NCBI GenBank assembly: GCA_043785085.1
Contig: JAYVXN010000303.1
Span: 1-40,413 of the forward strand
From: Bdellovibrionales bacterium
GTDB lineage: Bacteria > Bdellovibrionota > Bdellovibrionia > Bdellovibrionales > JAMPXM01
Reading direction: 5' to 3'
DNA length: 40,413 bases
A program made the translations under genes and the position numbers. Position 1 is the first letter of the stretch; every line of letters begins with the position of its first letter. Shown one piece after another: positions 27,495-36,673 of the stretch. Under the pieces are notes generated by a model that had not been told where the DNA came from, did not search any database, and saw only the letters and a list, made by a program, of their open reading frames with translations.

Positions 27495-29897
27495 CTATTT
27501 TACCATCAAGTTTAAAATTCGACCTTCTTTATAAATCACTTTTGCAAAAGGCTTGCCACCAACAGCATTTTCAATCGTCGCGATTTTCATCGCGGCGGCG
27601 ACTGCATCGGCCTCAGAAGCATCTTTTGCGATGTCGATGGTGCCGCGGGATTTGCCATTTACTTGGACACCTATAGTCACCACTGAATCCACTGTCAAAT
27701 CAGAATCATACTTCGGCCACGGAGCCGTACAAACCAAACCATCACAAGCAAGCTTTTGCCAGATTTCTTCGCTTAAATGGGGGGCAAAAGGTGCCAAAAC
27801 CTGAACGAGATTCTTCACCAGGGTTTTAGGGCGAATTCCGGCCCGATAAGTCTCATTGACCAAGATCATCATAGCACTGATCGCGGTGTTGAAACTGAGT
27901 GAATCGATATCTTCCTCGACCTTTTTAATCGTCTTGTGCATCAGGCGATTGAGTTCTTCCGGAATTTCAACATCTTGCGTGTGGGCTATGCCTTCTTCAT
28001 TCACCGCCAAACGCCACACTCGATCCAAAAAGCGCTGCACTCCATCGATCCCATTTTCATTCCAGGGCTTTTCGCGATCCATTGGGCCCAAGAACAAAAT
28101 ATACATACGAAGCGCATCTGCGCCAAAGCGCTCGCGCACTTCATCAGGATTGACGCCATTGCCACGGGATTTCGACATCTTCTCGCCGTCGCTGCCAAGA
28201 ATCATTCCCTGATGCGCCAGGCGCTGAAAGGGCTCATCATGACTCACTAGTCCGGCATCGAATAAAACTTTTTGCCAAAAACGGGAGTAGAGCAAATGGC
28301 CAACGGTGTGCTCAGCTCCGCCACAATAGAGATCAACTGGCATCCAGTACTTCTGCTTTTCAAAATCAAAAGCGGCACTGTCATTGCTCGGATCCGTGTA
28401 ACGTAAGAAATACCAGCTTGAGCCCGCCGAGCCAGCCATGGTGTCGGTCATACGTGTGCCGACCTCACCAGTCTCGGGATCTGTGTAGCGAACCCAATCT
28501 TCATTGCGCGCGAGCGGCGGTTCACCTTTTTCAGAAGGCTCATAATCAGCCACGGCCGGCAGAAAAACCGGCAATTCATTGACCGGAAGAGCTTTCAAGC
28601 CACGATTCGGAAAGCTCACGACCGGAAACGGCTCGCCCCAATATCGCTGTCGACTTAAAAGCCAATCACGTAATTTATATTGGGTCGTGCGCTCACCCAA
28701 ACCGCGTTTTTCGATCTCAATCAGCATTTTTTCAACGGCTGGTTCTTTCATGAGACCATTGAGAAAGTCAGAATGGCAAAGTAAGCCGTCGCCTTCAAAA
28801 GGCAATTCTTGTTCGCTCTCAAGCACTCGTTTGACCGGCAAATTGAATTTTTGCGCAAATTCGAAGTCGCGCACGTCATGACCAGGTACCGCCATGATCG
28901 CGCCACTGCCGTATTCCATTAAAACGTAGTCGGCGACCCAAATGGGAATCAACTGCGCCGTGAAGGGATGAATCGCATACGCTCCAGTAAACATGCCGGT
29001 CTTTTCCGTATTGGCTTTTCGATCAACTTCACTTTTTCGCGCTGCCTGATCGAGATAGGCCTGCACACGCGTCTGACCTTCTGCCGGAGTGATGGTTTTT
29101 AAAAGTGGGTGCTCCGGCGAGACGACCATGAAGGTTACGCCAAACAATGTATCTGGGCGAGTGGTGAAGATCTCAAGCTGATGCGGTTGATCTTGAATTT
29201 TAAAAAGGACATTGGCGCCTGAACTTTTGCCGATCCAATTTCTTTGCGCTTCTTTGGTGCGCGTCGGCCAATCGACTTTATCCAAATCATTGAGCAAGCG
29301 TTCGGCATAAGCGGTAATTTTTAACATCCATTGCTTCATCGGTAAGCGCATGACGGGATGGCTGCCGCGCTCAGATTTGCCATCAACAACTTCTTCATTA
29401 GCTAAAACCGTGCGCAAAGCTGGGCACCAGTTCACTGGAACTTCTTTTTGGTAGGCGAGCCCTTTTTCAAACAGTTTCGTGAAAATAAATTGCGTCCATT
29501 TGTAGTACGAAGGAGCGCATGTCGAGACTTCTCGCGTCCAGTCAAAGCTAAAACCAAAGGCCTTCAATTGGCGGCGAAAATTTTCAATCGCCTGTTCAGT
29601 CGTTTGGGCCGGATGTACGCCGGTTTGAATGGCATATTGCTCGGCGGGCAGGCCAAATGCATCGTAGCCCATCGGATGCAGGACATTGAATCCTTTGGCT
29701 CGCTTAAATCGCGCCACAACATCCGTCGGCGAGTACGAGGCCATGTGACCCATATGCAGTCCAGTTCCTGACGGATATGGAAACATATCAAGGGCATAAA
29801 ACTTGGGTTTTAATGAAACGTCTTCGGCTTTGAACGCCTGATTTTTGTCCCAGATTTTTTGCCAGCGTGCTTCAATTTCTGAATGATTATATGACAT
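27495..29897 (-). CDS. leuS: leucine--tRNA ligase
   Basis: 800 aa ORF with the HIGH-type motif GLHMGH, KMSKS, and the N-terminus EIEARWQKIWDKNQAFKA. Its stop lies 9 nt upstream of speA. Confidence 0.95.
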   Translation of the reverse strand: MSYNHSEIEARWQKIWDKNQAFKAEDVSLKPKFYALDMFPYPSGTGLHMGHMASYSPTDVVARFKRAKGFNVLHPMGYDAFGLPAEQYAIQTGVHPAQTTEQAIENFRRQLKAFGFSFDWTREVSTCAPSYYKWTQFIFTKLFEKGLAYQKEVPVNWCPALRTVLANEEVVDGKSERGSHPVMRLPMKQWMLKITAYAERLLNDLDKVDWPTRTKEAQRNWIGKSSGANVLFKIQDQPHQLEIFTTRPDTLFGVTFMVVSPEHPLLKTITPAEGQTRVQAYLDQAARKSEVDRKANTEKTGMFTGAYAIHPFTAQLIPIWVADYVLMEYGSGAIMAVPGHDVRDFEFAQKFNLPVKRVLESEQELPFEGDGLLCHSDFLNGLMKEPAVEKMLIEIEKRGLGERTTQYKLRDWLLSRQRYWGEPFPVVSFPNRGLKALPVNELPVFLPAVADYEPSEKGEPPLARNEDWVRYTDPETGEVGTRMTDTMAGSAGSSWYFLRYTDPSNDSAAFDFEKQKYWMPVDLYCGGAEHTVGHLLYSRFWQKVLFDAGLVSHDEPFQRLAHQGMILGSDGEKMSKSRGNGVNPDEVRERFGADALRMYILFLGPMDREKPWNENGIDGVQRFLDRVWRLAVNEEGIAHTQDVEIPEELNRLMHKTIKKVEEDIDSLSFNTAISAMMILVNETYRAGIRPKTLVKNLVQVLAPFAPHLSEEIWQKLACDGLVCTAPWPKYDSDLTVDSVVTIGVQVNGKSRGTIDIAKDASEADAVAAAMKIATIENAVGGKPFAKVIYKEGRILNLMVK

Positions 29898-30032
29898 GAC
29901 GGCATCCTACCAAGACAGCGCCGGAGATGCTACCCGAAAGTCGAGTCGGCCGAGGTGGAAATTGAGATTTTTTTCGATTTTGAATCAGACTGGCCTCATC
30001 ATTCCCGGCTTGATTGGTTACACTGAAGACCA

Positions 30033-30980
30033 ATGGATAAAGAGCGCATGATCCTCATCGTTGATGATGATCTCGACAATTTACGTCTCATGAAAATGAC
30101 TCTCGAATTCGAGGGCTATCAGACACGTCAGGCGACCAGCGGCGAAGAGGCCCTCGCGGTTTTGGCCGTACTGAAGCCTGATATGGTTTTATTAGATGTG
30201 AACATGCCGGGCATCAGTGGTCTTGAGGTTCTCGAGAAAATTCGCCAGAGCCTGCACTATATTTCCGTGATTATGGTCAGTGCGCGCTCTGAGAAAAAAG
30301 ATGTAATCACCGGACTCGACGGCGGGGCCGATGATTATATTTGCAAACCCTTTGATCCTTTAGAAATGCTGGCTCGAGTGCGGGCGCAACTGCGCATCAA
30401 GACTTTGCATGACCGCCTCAATGACGTGAATGAAAAGCTCCAGCAGCTCGTTGATATCGATGATTTGACCGAGCTCTTTAATATGCGTTCAATTTACCAA
30501 AAAATTGAAGGTGAAATCGGCCGCTCCAGGCGGCACAACCGGCATATTGGCGTGGTCATGATGGATATGGATGATTTTAAACGGGTCAATGACGGCAACG
30601 ACCATTTGTTTGGCAGCTATGTGCTTTCAGATGTCGGCCGCATTATTCGTGAGACCATGCGCCAGGGAGACTTTGCCGCCCGTTACGGGGGCGACGAATT
30701 TTTAATCGTTTTAACAGACACGAATATCGAAGGAACCACCCGATTTTCGGAACGGTTGCGTTCGCGCATCGGCAATCAGGTTTTTCAAAATAAAAATCAA
30801 TCCATTCGTTTAACTGCAAGCATGGGCTTTGCGCTGCTCGATCCATCACTCATGGAAATCGATGCGCGCAGTCTGGTTCGCTGTGCCGACAATGCCCTCT
30901 ACGAGTCCAAACGTACTGGAAAAAATTGCGTGAGATCTTATGATATGGGCGCTTTTCAAAAGTCCAAAGCCGCGGGCTGA
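30033..30980 (+). CDS. response regulator receiver fused to a GGDEF diguanylate cyclase
   Basis: REC domain (ILIVDDD...DMVLLDVNMPGISG...DDYICKPF) followed by DDLTELFNMRS...MDMDDFKRVND...RYGGDEFLIVL, with an intact GGDEF motif. Confidence 0.9.
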   Translation: MDKERMILIVDDDLDNLRLMKMTLEFEGYQTRQATSGEEALAVLAVLKPDMVLLDVNMPGISGLEVLEKIRQSLHYISVIMVSARSEKKDVITGLDGGADDYICKPFDPLEMLARVRAQLRIKTLHDRLNDVNEKLQQLVDIDDLTELFNMRSIYQKIEGEIGRSRRHNRHIGVVMMDMDDFKRVNDGNDHLFGSYVLSDVGRIIRETMRQGDFAARYGGDEFLIVLTDTNIEGTTRFSERLRSRIGNQVFQNKNQSIRLTASMGFALLDPSLMEIDARSLVRCADNALYESKRTGKNCVRSYDMGAFQKSKAAG

Positions 30981-31032
30981 GAAAGCCAATTGAGTCTTTA
31001 CATCGCCGGGTCTTCGGACTAGCTTTGTAGAC

Positions 31033-32046
31033 GTGAGTACCTTGAAAATTCCTAATAATGAAATCCGTCAAACCCGCCGCGCCTCCTATATTTCGTTTGC
31101 CGTTGGGATTTGTTTGTTGGCGCTTAAGTTTTGGGCTTTTCGGGTCACGGGTTCGCAAGCGGTTTTTTCCGACGCTATGGAAAGCATTATCAATGTGGTG
31201 GCGGCTGGACTCGCGATTATCGTGATCATGATCGCCGCCAAACCGGCGGACCAAGATCATCCCTATGGACATGGAAAAATCGAATTTTTTTCGGCGGCAT
31301 TTGAAGGCGGAATGATCGCGTTTGCCTCGGTTTTTATTTTTGTTGAGGCCATTCATTCCTTTATCAAGGGCGAGAGTTTACAAGAGGTCAGCTTCGGGAT
31401 CGTCGTGGTATTTGCAGCCGGTCTGGTCAATTTACTTCTCGGACTGTTTTTGATTTTCATCGGCAAGCGCTCGCAATCAATTGCATTGGTCGCCAGTGGC
31501 CAACATGTGCTCTCCGATTTTTGGACCAGCGCCGGTGTGACGCTTGGTCTACTGCTGGTGCATTTCACTGGGTTGATGTGGATTGACTCGGTCGTTGCCT
31601 TATTAGTCGGCTCACTGCTGGCATACACCGGAATCAAACTCGCGCGACGTTCGGTCGGCGGACTTCTCGATGAAGAAGATAGTGAAGTGGTTCGTGAACT
31701 GATGATGATCATTGAGCTCAGTCGCCCCGCAGGGATTATTCAGGTGCACCATCTCCGTGTGATCCGCTCAGGCCGATATCATCATATCGACGCACACGCC
31801 GTTATTCCGGAGTTTTGGGATGTTGCCGAAGCGCATGCGCACACAGAGAACTTTGAAGCGCAAATTATGTCAAAATATCCCTATCAAGGTGAGCTGCATT
31901 TGCACGTTGATCCATGCCGACGGGCTTATTGCCGAGAGTGCGATTTTGAAAACTGCCCGATTCGAGCTGAGGCTTTTGTCAGCAGACGAACACTGTCACT
32001 GAAAGAGCTCACTGATCCCGAAGAGCCAATTCAGTTTTTGACCTGA
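31033..32046 (+). CDS. cation diffusion facilitator family transporter
   Basis: 337 aa ORF with a GTG start. FSDAMESIINVV...DQDHPYGHGKIEFFSA...HVLSDFWTS matches the CDF TM2/TM5 metal-site pattern, with a C-terminal cytoplasmic domain. Confidence 0.85.
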   Translation: MSTLKIPNNEIRQTRRASYISFAVGICLLALKFWAFRVTGSQAVFSDAMESIINVVAAGLAIIVIMIAAKPADQDHPYGHGKIEFFSAAFEGGMIAFASVFIFVEAIHSFIKGESLQEVSFGIVVVFAAGLVNLLLGLFLIFIGKRSQSIALVASGQHVLSDFWTSAGVTLGLLLVHFTGLMWIDSVVALLVGSLLAYTGIKLARRSVGGLLDEEDSEVVRELMMIIELSRPAGIIQVHHLRVIRSGRYHHIDAHAVIPEFWDVAEAHAHTENFEAQIMSKYPYQGELHLHVDPCRRAYCRECDFENCPIRAEAFVSRRTLSLKELTDPEEPIQFLT

Positions 32047-32078
32047 ACGTCTGACCTGAACGTCTGACCTGAACGACG
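32040..32078. repeat. 13 bp tandem repeat, 3 copies (GACCTGAACGTCT; the last copy ends ACG instead of TCT), overlapping the CDF gene stop codon
   Basis: Read directly: GACCTGAACGTCT twice, then GACCTGAACGACG. The first unit contains the final codons TTG ACC TGA of the CDF gene. Confidence 0.8.
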
Positions 32079-32120
32079 GTGCAAGAATTTCCACCGAATC
32101 ACGTGTTCCATTGTTACTTC

Positions 32121-32657
32121 CTAATTCGTCGTTCCACCGCGAAACATAAAAAATGCTGCGGCCATCAAACAAAGCCCGGCCCATAAAAAATCCAAACGCA
32201 GCGATTGGCGCATATAAAACACCGCAAATCCGGCAAACACGATCATCGTGATCATTTCTTGGATGACCTTGAGCTGCGGCAATGAAATCGATTGAATACC
32301 GGTGCGATTGGCCGGTACTTGCAAGCAATATTCAAAGAAAGCAATTCCCCAGCTCACCAGGATGGCTACGTAAACCCCAATGTTGCATAAACTTTCGGTC
32401 GGAACCGCTGTCGCTTGCTCCAGAAGCCCGAATCTGACGACTTGCTCAGAAAATCTCGACTCAACGTACGGTGTACGTACGCCTCGTCCAGATTTTCCTG
32501 CGCGAGCCGCCACCTTCGGGCTTCTGAAGCATTCCGACTCGAAAGTTTATGCAACATTGGGGTAAAGTGGCTTGCCTCTGAGATTCTTCAAATGCCCATA
32601 CCAGGCAAAGGTCATAAAGACATTTGAAAGCAGTAAGAGGCCAATCTTTTTAAACAT
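32121..32657 (-). pseudogene. DUF486/DMT-superfamily small membrane protein gene interrupted by a 188 bp element
   Basis: ATG at 32657 with GGAGG 8 nt upstream. The 5' part encodes MFKKIGLLLLSNVFMTFAWYGHLKNLRGKPLY and then stops inside the insert (TAA at 32549-32547). The 3' part encodes VAILVSWGIAFFEYCLQVPANRTG...FMFRGGTTN, ending at 32121. Removing 192 nt gives a continuous 114 aa DUF486-like ORF. Confidence 0.8.
32375..32562. mobile_element. Copy 2 of the palindromic MITE-like repeat element
   Basis: Perfect 23 bp terminal inverted repeats: CCCCAATGTTGCATAAACTTTCG at 32375-32397 and its reverse complement at 32540-32562. Direct TAAA lies on both sides (32371-32374 and 32563-32566). The interior is nearly fully self-complementary and homologous to 2194-2385. 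Confidence 0.8.
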
Positions 32658-32658
32658 T

Positions 32659-34320
32659 TCAATAACCTCCGGCAGCGCCCTCTCCACGAGCATCAAAAGC
32701 ACCTTCGAGAAGATGCGAATCAGAAAGATAAACGCCGTAAACTTTGCCGGTCGTAGAGGCTTCTTCGATCACATGGCCTTTACTTTTGAGACCATCTAGA
32801 GTTTCTGGTGCAAAGCGGGTCGCATCGACATAGAGAATGTCGGGCAAAAACTGATGATGAATCCGGGGTGCTTGAATGGCCTGATCGATATCAAGTCCCT
32901 GTTGAAGACTGCGGTAGAGCACTTGAAGCACGGCTGAGATAATCCGCGGCCCACCGGGTGCACCCAAAGATAAAACCGTGCGGCCGTCTTTTTCAACAAT
33001 GGTCGGACTCATGGAACTGATCGGCCGTTTTCCTGGAGCGACACTATTGCTCTGGCCTTGAATCAGTCCAAATTGATTGGCTTCTCCGGGGCGAGTGGTG
33101 AAATCATCCATTTCATTATTCATGACGATGCCAAATTTATCACTCACAATGCCTGAACCGTAGGACCCATTGAGGGTCACTGTCATCGCAACGGTGTTGC
33201 CTTTGTCATCCATAACTGAAAAATGCGTTGTTTGGAGAGACTCAACGGTGACATTTTTCATGGATTCAACTGCGACACTTTTGCCAGATGAGATTTTCGA
33301 GGCAAGAGTTTTTAAATAAGAATCACTGGTGAGTTGTTTGATCGGATTCGGGCCAAAATCAGGATCACCGAGGAGGCTTCGCCCCCGAAAGGCCAATTTT
33401 TCGATTTCAGCGAGAGTGTGGAGCTCATCAACTGAGAGGTATTTTTTAGAGGGCAGACTCACATCCTGCGCGAGCTTCAACGCAGACATGATCACGACTC
33501 CACCGCTGCTGGGTGGAGGCATCAAATAAATTTTATACCCGTTGAACTCAGTGGTCAGCGGCTCAAGCCAGCGAACTTTGTAGGATTTCAGATCATCGAG
33601 GGACAGAACACCGCCGGCCGCGTGCACGGTTTCGACCATATCTTGTGCCGCAAGCCCTTGATAAAATGGCACGATCCCGCGATTGCTCATCTCCTTGAGA
33701 AGTTTTGCTAGTTCGGGCTGTTTCATTATGTCGCCCGGCTTATAGGAGTGTTCGCGGTCGATGAGAAAATACTTTTTTCCCGCTTCATTAAAACGTGCCG
33801 CGGTTTTCTGAGTGTTTTGTGCCCACTCGCCGCTCACTTGATGGCCTTTGCTGGCAAGTTCAATGGGTTTTAAAAATAACTCACTCCAATGCAGTTTGCC
33901 GTATTTCTGATGAAGCGCCCACAATCCAGCTGGAATCCCGGGCACACCAATCGCAAACGGGCCATCGGTTGAGGCGGTTTTTGCCTTCTCCAGGTAAAAA
34001 TCTGCACTCGTCGCTTTAGGAGCCGTTTCTCGAAAGTCGAGAGCTTGAACAGTCCCATTGATCTTAATGAGAGCAAAACCTCCGCCGCCGAGTGCGCCAT
34101 AGTAGGGATGGGTCACGGCAAGACTGAGTGCTACACCCACCGCCACATCAACGACGTTGCCACCTCGTTTAGAAATACCGGTGCCCACTGAAATCGCTTC
34201 GGGCGAGGGGCCGGCAATCATTAGTTTTTGCCCTTGTGCCGGGATCGCAACGGCTTGAGTTAACCCCATCAGGCCTGCGGTTAGCATCAGCAAACATAGG
34301 TAAACAGGATGGTTTTTCAC
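32659..34320 (-). CDS. ggt: gamma-glutamyltransferase
   Basis: Catalytic Thr region LQTTHFSVMDDKGNTVAMTVTLNGSYGSG, plus MDDF and GAPGGPRII. The preferred start is the GTG at 34320 with AAGGGGG upstream, giving signal peptide (M)KNHPVYLCLLMLTAGLMGLTQAVA. The track ORF extends to 34419. Confidence 0.9.
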   Translation of the reverse strand: MKNHPVYLCLLMLTAGLMGLTQAVAIPAQGQKLMIAGPSPEAISVGTGISKRGGNVVDVAVGVALSLAVTHPYYGALGGGGFALIKINGTVQALDFRETAPKATSADFYLEKAKTASTDGPFAIGVPGIPAGLWALHQKYGKLHWSELFLKPIELASKGHQVSGEWAQNTQKTAARFNEAGKKYFLIDREHSYKPGDIMKQPELAKLLKEMSNRGIVPFYQGLAAQDMVETVHAAGGVLSLDDLKSYKVRWLEPLTTEFNGYKIYLMPPPSSGGVVIMSALKLAQDVSLPSKKYLSVDELHTLAEIEKLAFRGRSLLGDPDFGPNPIKQLTSDSYLKTLASKISSGKSVAVESMKNVTVESLQTTHFSVMDDKGNTVAMTVTLNGSYGSGIVSDKFGIVMNNEMDDFTTRPGEANQFGLIQGQSNSVAPGKRPISSMSPTIVEKDGRTVLSLGAPGGPRIISAVLQVLYRSLQQGLDIDQAIQAPRIHHQFLPDILYVDATRFAPETLDGLKSKGHVIEEASTTGKVYGVYLSDSHLLEGAFDARGEGAAGGY

Positions 34321-34474
34321 TTGAGCCCCCTTTTCACCTATGAAACGCGAATCACTGCCTCTCGGCAACTCAAAACTGTGCGACACCTTGGAATTTTGCC
34401 ATGCTGGCATCTCGATCACCTAAGAAATAGCCGGTCTTCTTGCTCAGCAGAAGCGAAGCTGCTATCAAAGCAGC

Positions 34475-35188
34475 ATGCCAAATACTGCCACTGCTCTAAA
34501 TCTTGCGAAATCCCATATCGCTTTAACGCGAAATTTACCCTGTCCGAATATGTATGTTTCTATGATGGAAGGCGAATTCAGGGACTGGGCTTTTAATGAG
34601 GAGCGTGCGCCGCTTTTTCGTGGTAAATGGCGTGATGAAGTTTTTAAGAAAACTTCGGATCAGCCACTTGATCTTGAAATCGGCACAGGCAACGGCTTTT
34701 ACTTTGCACATCATGCTCAGACTTATCCACAACGAAGTCTCGTGGGAATTGAGCTGAAGTATAAACCATTGGTGCAATCGATTCGGCGCGCTCTTCGGTT
34801 CGGGTGTGAAAACGCTCGCATCATGCGTTACGATGCTTTTGATATTGAACATTTGTTTACCAAAAATGAACTCAATAATGTGTACGTGCACTTTCCTGAT
34901 CCTTGGGAAAAAAAGCGGCATTGGAAAAATCGCCTGATTTCAGAACGGTTTTTAGAAGTCGCATTTTCATTGCAGCGTGAAGGTTCGTTTTTGGAGTTCA
35001 AAACTGATTCCATGGACTATTTTGATTGGGCAATGCCGATCATTGAAAAAAGTCAGTATAGAATTGAGCGGCATACCAGAGATTTGCATCAGTCTGAATG
35101 GAAAAGCGAAAATTTCATCACGCAATTCGAGAGCCTCTTTCTCAGACAGAAGCTCCCGATCTATTACACTCTTTTACGCCGTCAGTGA
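34475..35188 (+). CDS. trmB: tRNA (guanine-N7)-methyltransferase
   Basis: LDLEIGTGNGFYF, LVGIELK and VYVHFPDPWEKKRHWKNRL are TrmB signatures. The start is uncertain: ATG 34475 gives the longest ORF, and ATG 34550 is an alternative. Confidence 0.85.
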   Translation: MPNTATALNLAKSHIALTRNLPCPNMYVSMMEGEFRDWAFNEERAPLFRGKWRDEVFKKTSDQPLDLEIGTGNGFYFAHHAQTYPQRSLVGIELKYKPLVQSIRRALRFGCENARIMRYDAFDIEHLFTKNELNNVYVHFPDPWEKKRHWKNRLISERFLEVAFSLQREGSFLEFKTDSMDYFDWAMPIIEKSQYRIERHTRDLHQSEWKSENFITQFESLFLRQKLPIYYTLLRRQ

Positions 35189-36624
35189 CAGGCCTGGACA
35201 AAACGTGCCGGCCCCACCACGACGGGCGCTGGATTCTGCCAGCTTTGTAACCAGGGAGACCAACTGAACTCAGTTGCAAGCGCATCAGCTGGGAGCAAGG
35301 TTTCAGCAACTGTAAATTCTTTTCCGCCAAATTCGGGAGAGAGTTCGGCACGCAAAACAGGAATTGATTTTGCCAGGCGAAATTGCAAACCAATCAAGTT
35401 TTCTGTGAAAGTAACGCCAGAGTCAGGACTGGGCTGGCTGACCGTCGAGTTGCAGTCGATATTCAATGATGTCCGTGCGGTAACAGTGACCTGCCCTTGC
35501 GCTGGAACTTCAAACAAAATCAATTCGTTGGTCATTCTTTCGCTTTCAGCACCTTTTATGTCGAAATTCAGAGGCGATTTAATCTCATGTTCAAAGTGCC
35601 CAAAATGATCATCGCTACCAAGATCAACGGCCCGGACTACCACTTGGTTTTGTGGATCTTTCGGAATGGCCACCATGATACGAAACGGATGGGGATTCGC
35701 AATGTTATAACTAAATATCGCCTGATCTTTAATGGGAAGGCTCTGAAAGCCTTTAAATTCGGTCACAGTAGAAATTTTAAGAGGCGCGAGATGGTACGCA
35801 ATCGGAAAGGTCGCACTGACCAAGCGGATGGCGGAGTTGGTGGCATCTGCGATAAAACGACAATTCTGGTGCGGATTGGTTTCTCGTGGATTGACGCTTG
35901 ACTCGATTGGGGCGGGCGCGATCGGGCCCTCAAGGATTTCTTGCAAATTAATTTTGCCGAGGTCATTGATCGGGCGTTCTGAACGGAAATAGTCACACTT
36001 CAAATAAAGCTGGCCACTACCAGTCTGTTGTGAGTGAGCCAAGGCATCTGCAAGTGAATCTTGAGTCAGTGACTGAATGGATTTGAGTTGATGATCTGCT
36101 AAGCTCAGGCCTTGTTCTTTTGCAAGGTGAGTCAGCTGGACACCCTCTATTTTTGCGCTGTTTTGATCTTTAGTGTTCGTGACTGTATCAAATTCAAACT
36201 TACAAATGACATTATCGGTTTTTTCAAAAAAGAACTCTCGTGGTACCAGACGGGTGAGCTGCAGCTCCGTTTGATTGTGTAACGTCAGAGTCTGCTGGTA
36301 GGTTTGCTCTGCCGACATACAATCGCTTTTAATGGTGATATCGAAAAACTTCTCATCTGTCTGATAGGGCTTCAGTTCTGGGAAAAAAAGTGTCGAATCA
36401 ATCGTCAGAGGGTTTTTATTTATTTCTAAAAAACCGATTATGCCATCGCTTGTCCGGACCGATGGAAATCCGGGATGAAATTCTCTTTTTACTACGCCCG
36501 GCGCAGACTGAGTGACAGGCGTGCCGCTAGATCCGCCGCTGTCGTTGCTGTCCGAAGAACAAGATGTGAGTCCGAAAAGCGGAAATAAAACAGAAATTAA
36601 AATGAGTAAAACACGTAATTGCAT
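35182..36624 (-). CDS. hypothetical lipoprotein, 480 aa, no recognised domain
   Basis: The ATG at 36624 has GGGGAG upstream. The signal peptide has a lipobox (MQLRVLLILISVLFPLFGLTSCSS). The track ORF start at 36813 overlaps the upstream ferredoxin gene and is rejected. Confidence 0.7.
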   Translation of the reverse strand: MQLRVLLILISVLFPLFGLTSCSSDSNDSGGSSGTPVTQSAPGVVKREFHPGFPSVRTSDGIIGFLEINKNPLTIDSTLFFPELKPYQTDEKFFDITIKSDCMSAEQTYQQTLTLHNQTELQLTRLVPREFFFEKTDNVICKFEFDTVTNTKDQNSAKIEGVQLTHLAKEQGLSLADHQLKSIQSLTQDSLADALAHSQQTGSGQLYLKCDYFRSERPINDLGKINLQEILEGPIAPAPIESSVNPRETNPHQNCRFIADATNSAIRLVSATFPIAYHLAPLKISTVTEFKGFQSLPIKDQAIFSYNIANPHPFRIMVAIPKDPQNQVVVRAVDLGSDDHFGHFEHEIKSPLNFDIKGAESERMTNELILFEVPAQGQVTVTARTSLNIDCNSTVSQPSPDSGVTFTENLIGLQFRLAKSIPVLRAELSPEFGGKEFTVAETLLPADALATEFSWSPWLQSWQNPAPVVVGPARFVQACH

Positions 36625-36673
36625 ACAATCTCCCCTGTTGCCGGGGGATATTGCAAATGTAAGACCAAAAAAA

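Noticed and set aside
29933-29975. Possible truncated relic of the palindromic element (TCGAGTCGG...CGAGGTGG) in the leuS upstream spacer
   Set aside because: Only two ~9 nt matches with a required internal deletion, which is within chance expectation for this window size. It needs a formal alignment.
32121-32513. 130 aa ORF taken at face value as an intact gene
   Set aside because: Its first ~43 residues are a read-through of the palindromic element. The true gene start, with an SD sequence, is at 32657 on the other side of the insert.
32366-32565. Mirror-image 61-63 aa ORFs (MLHKLS...KVYATLG) on both strands of element copy 2, as possible element-encoded peptides
   Set aside because: The similarity of the two products follows trivially from the palindromic DNA. 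Copy 1 lacks the ATG and has no ORF listed in the track (its shortest entries are 60 aa), so coding potential is not conserved.
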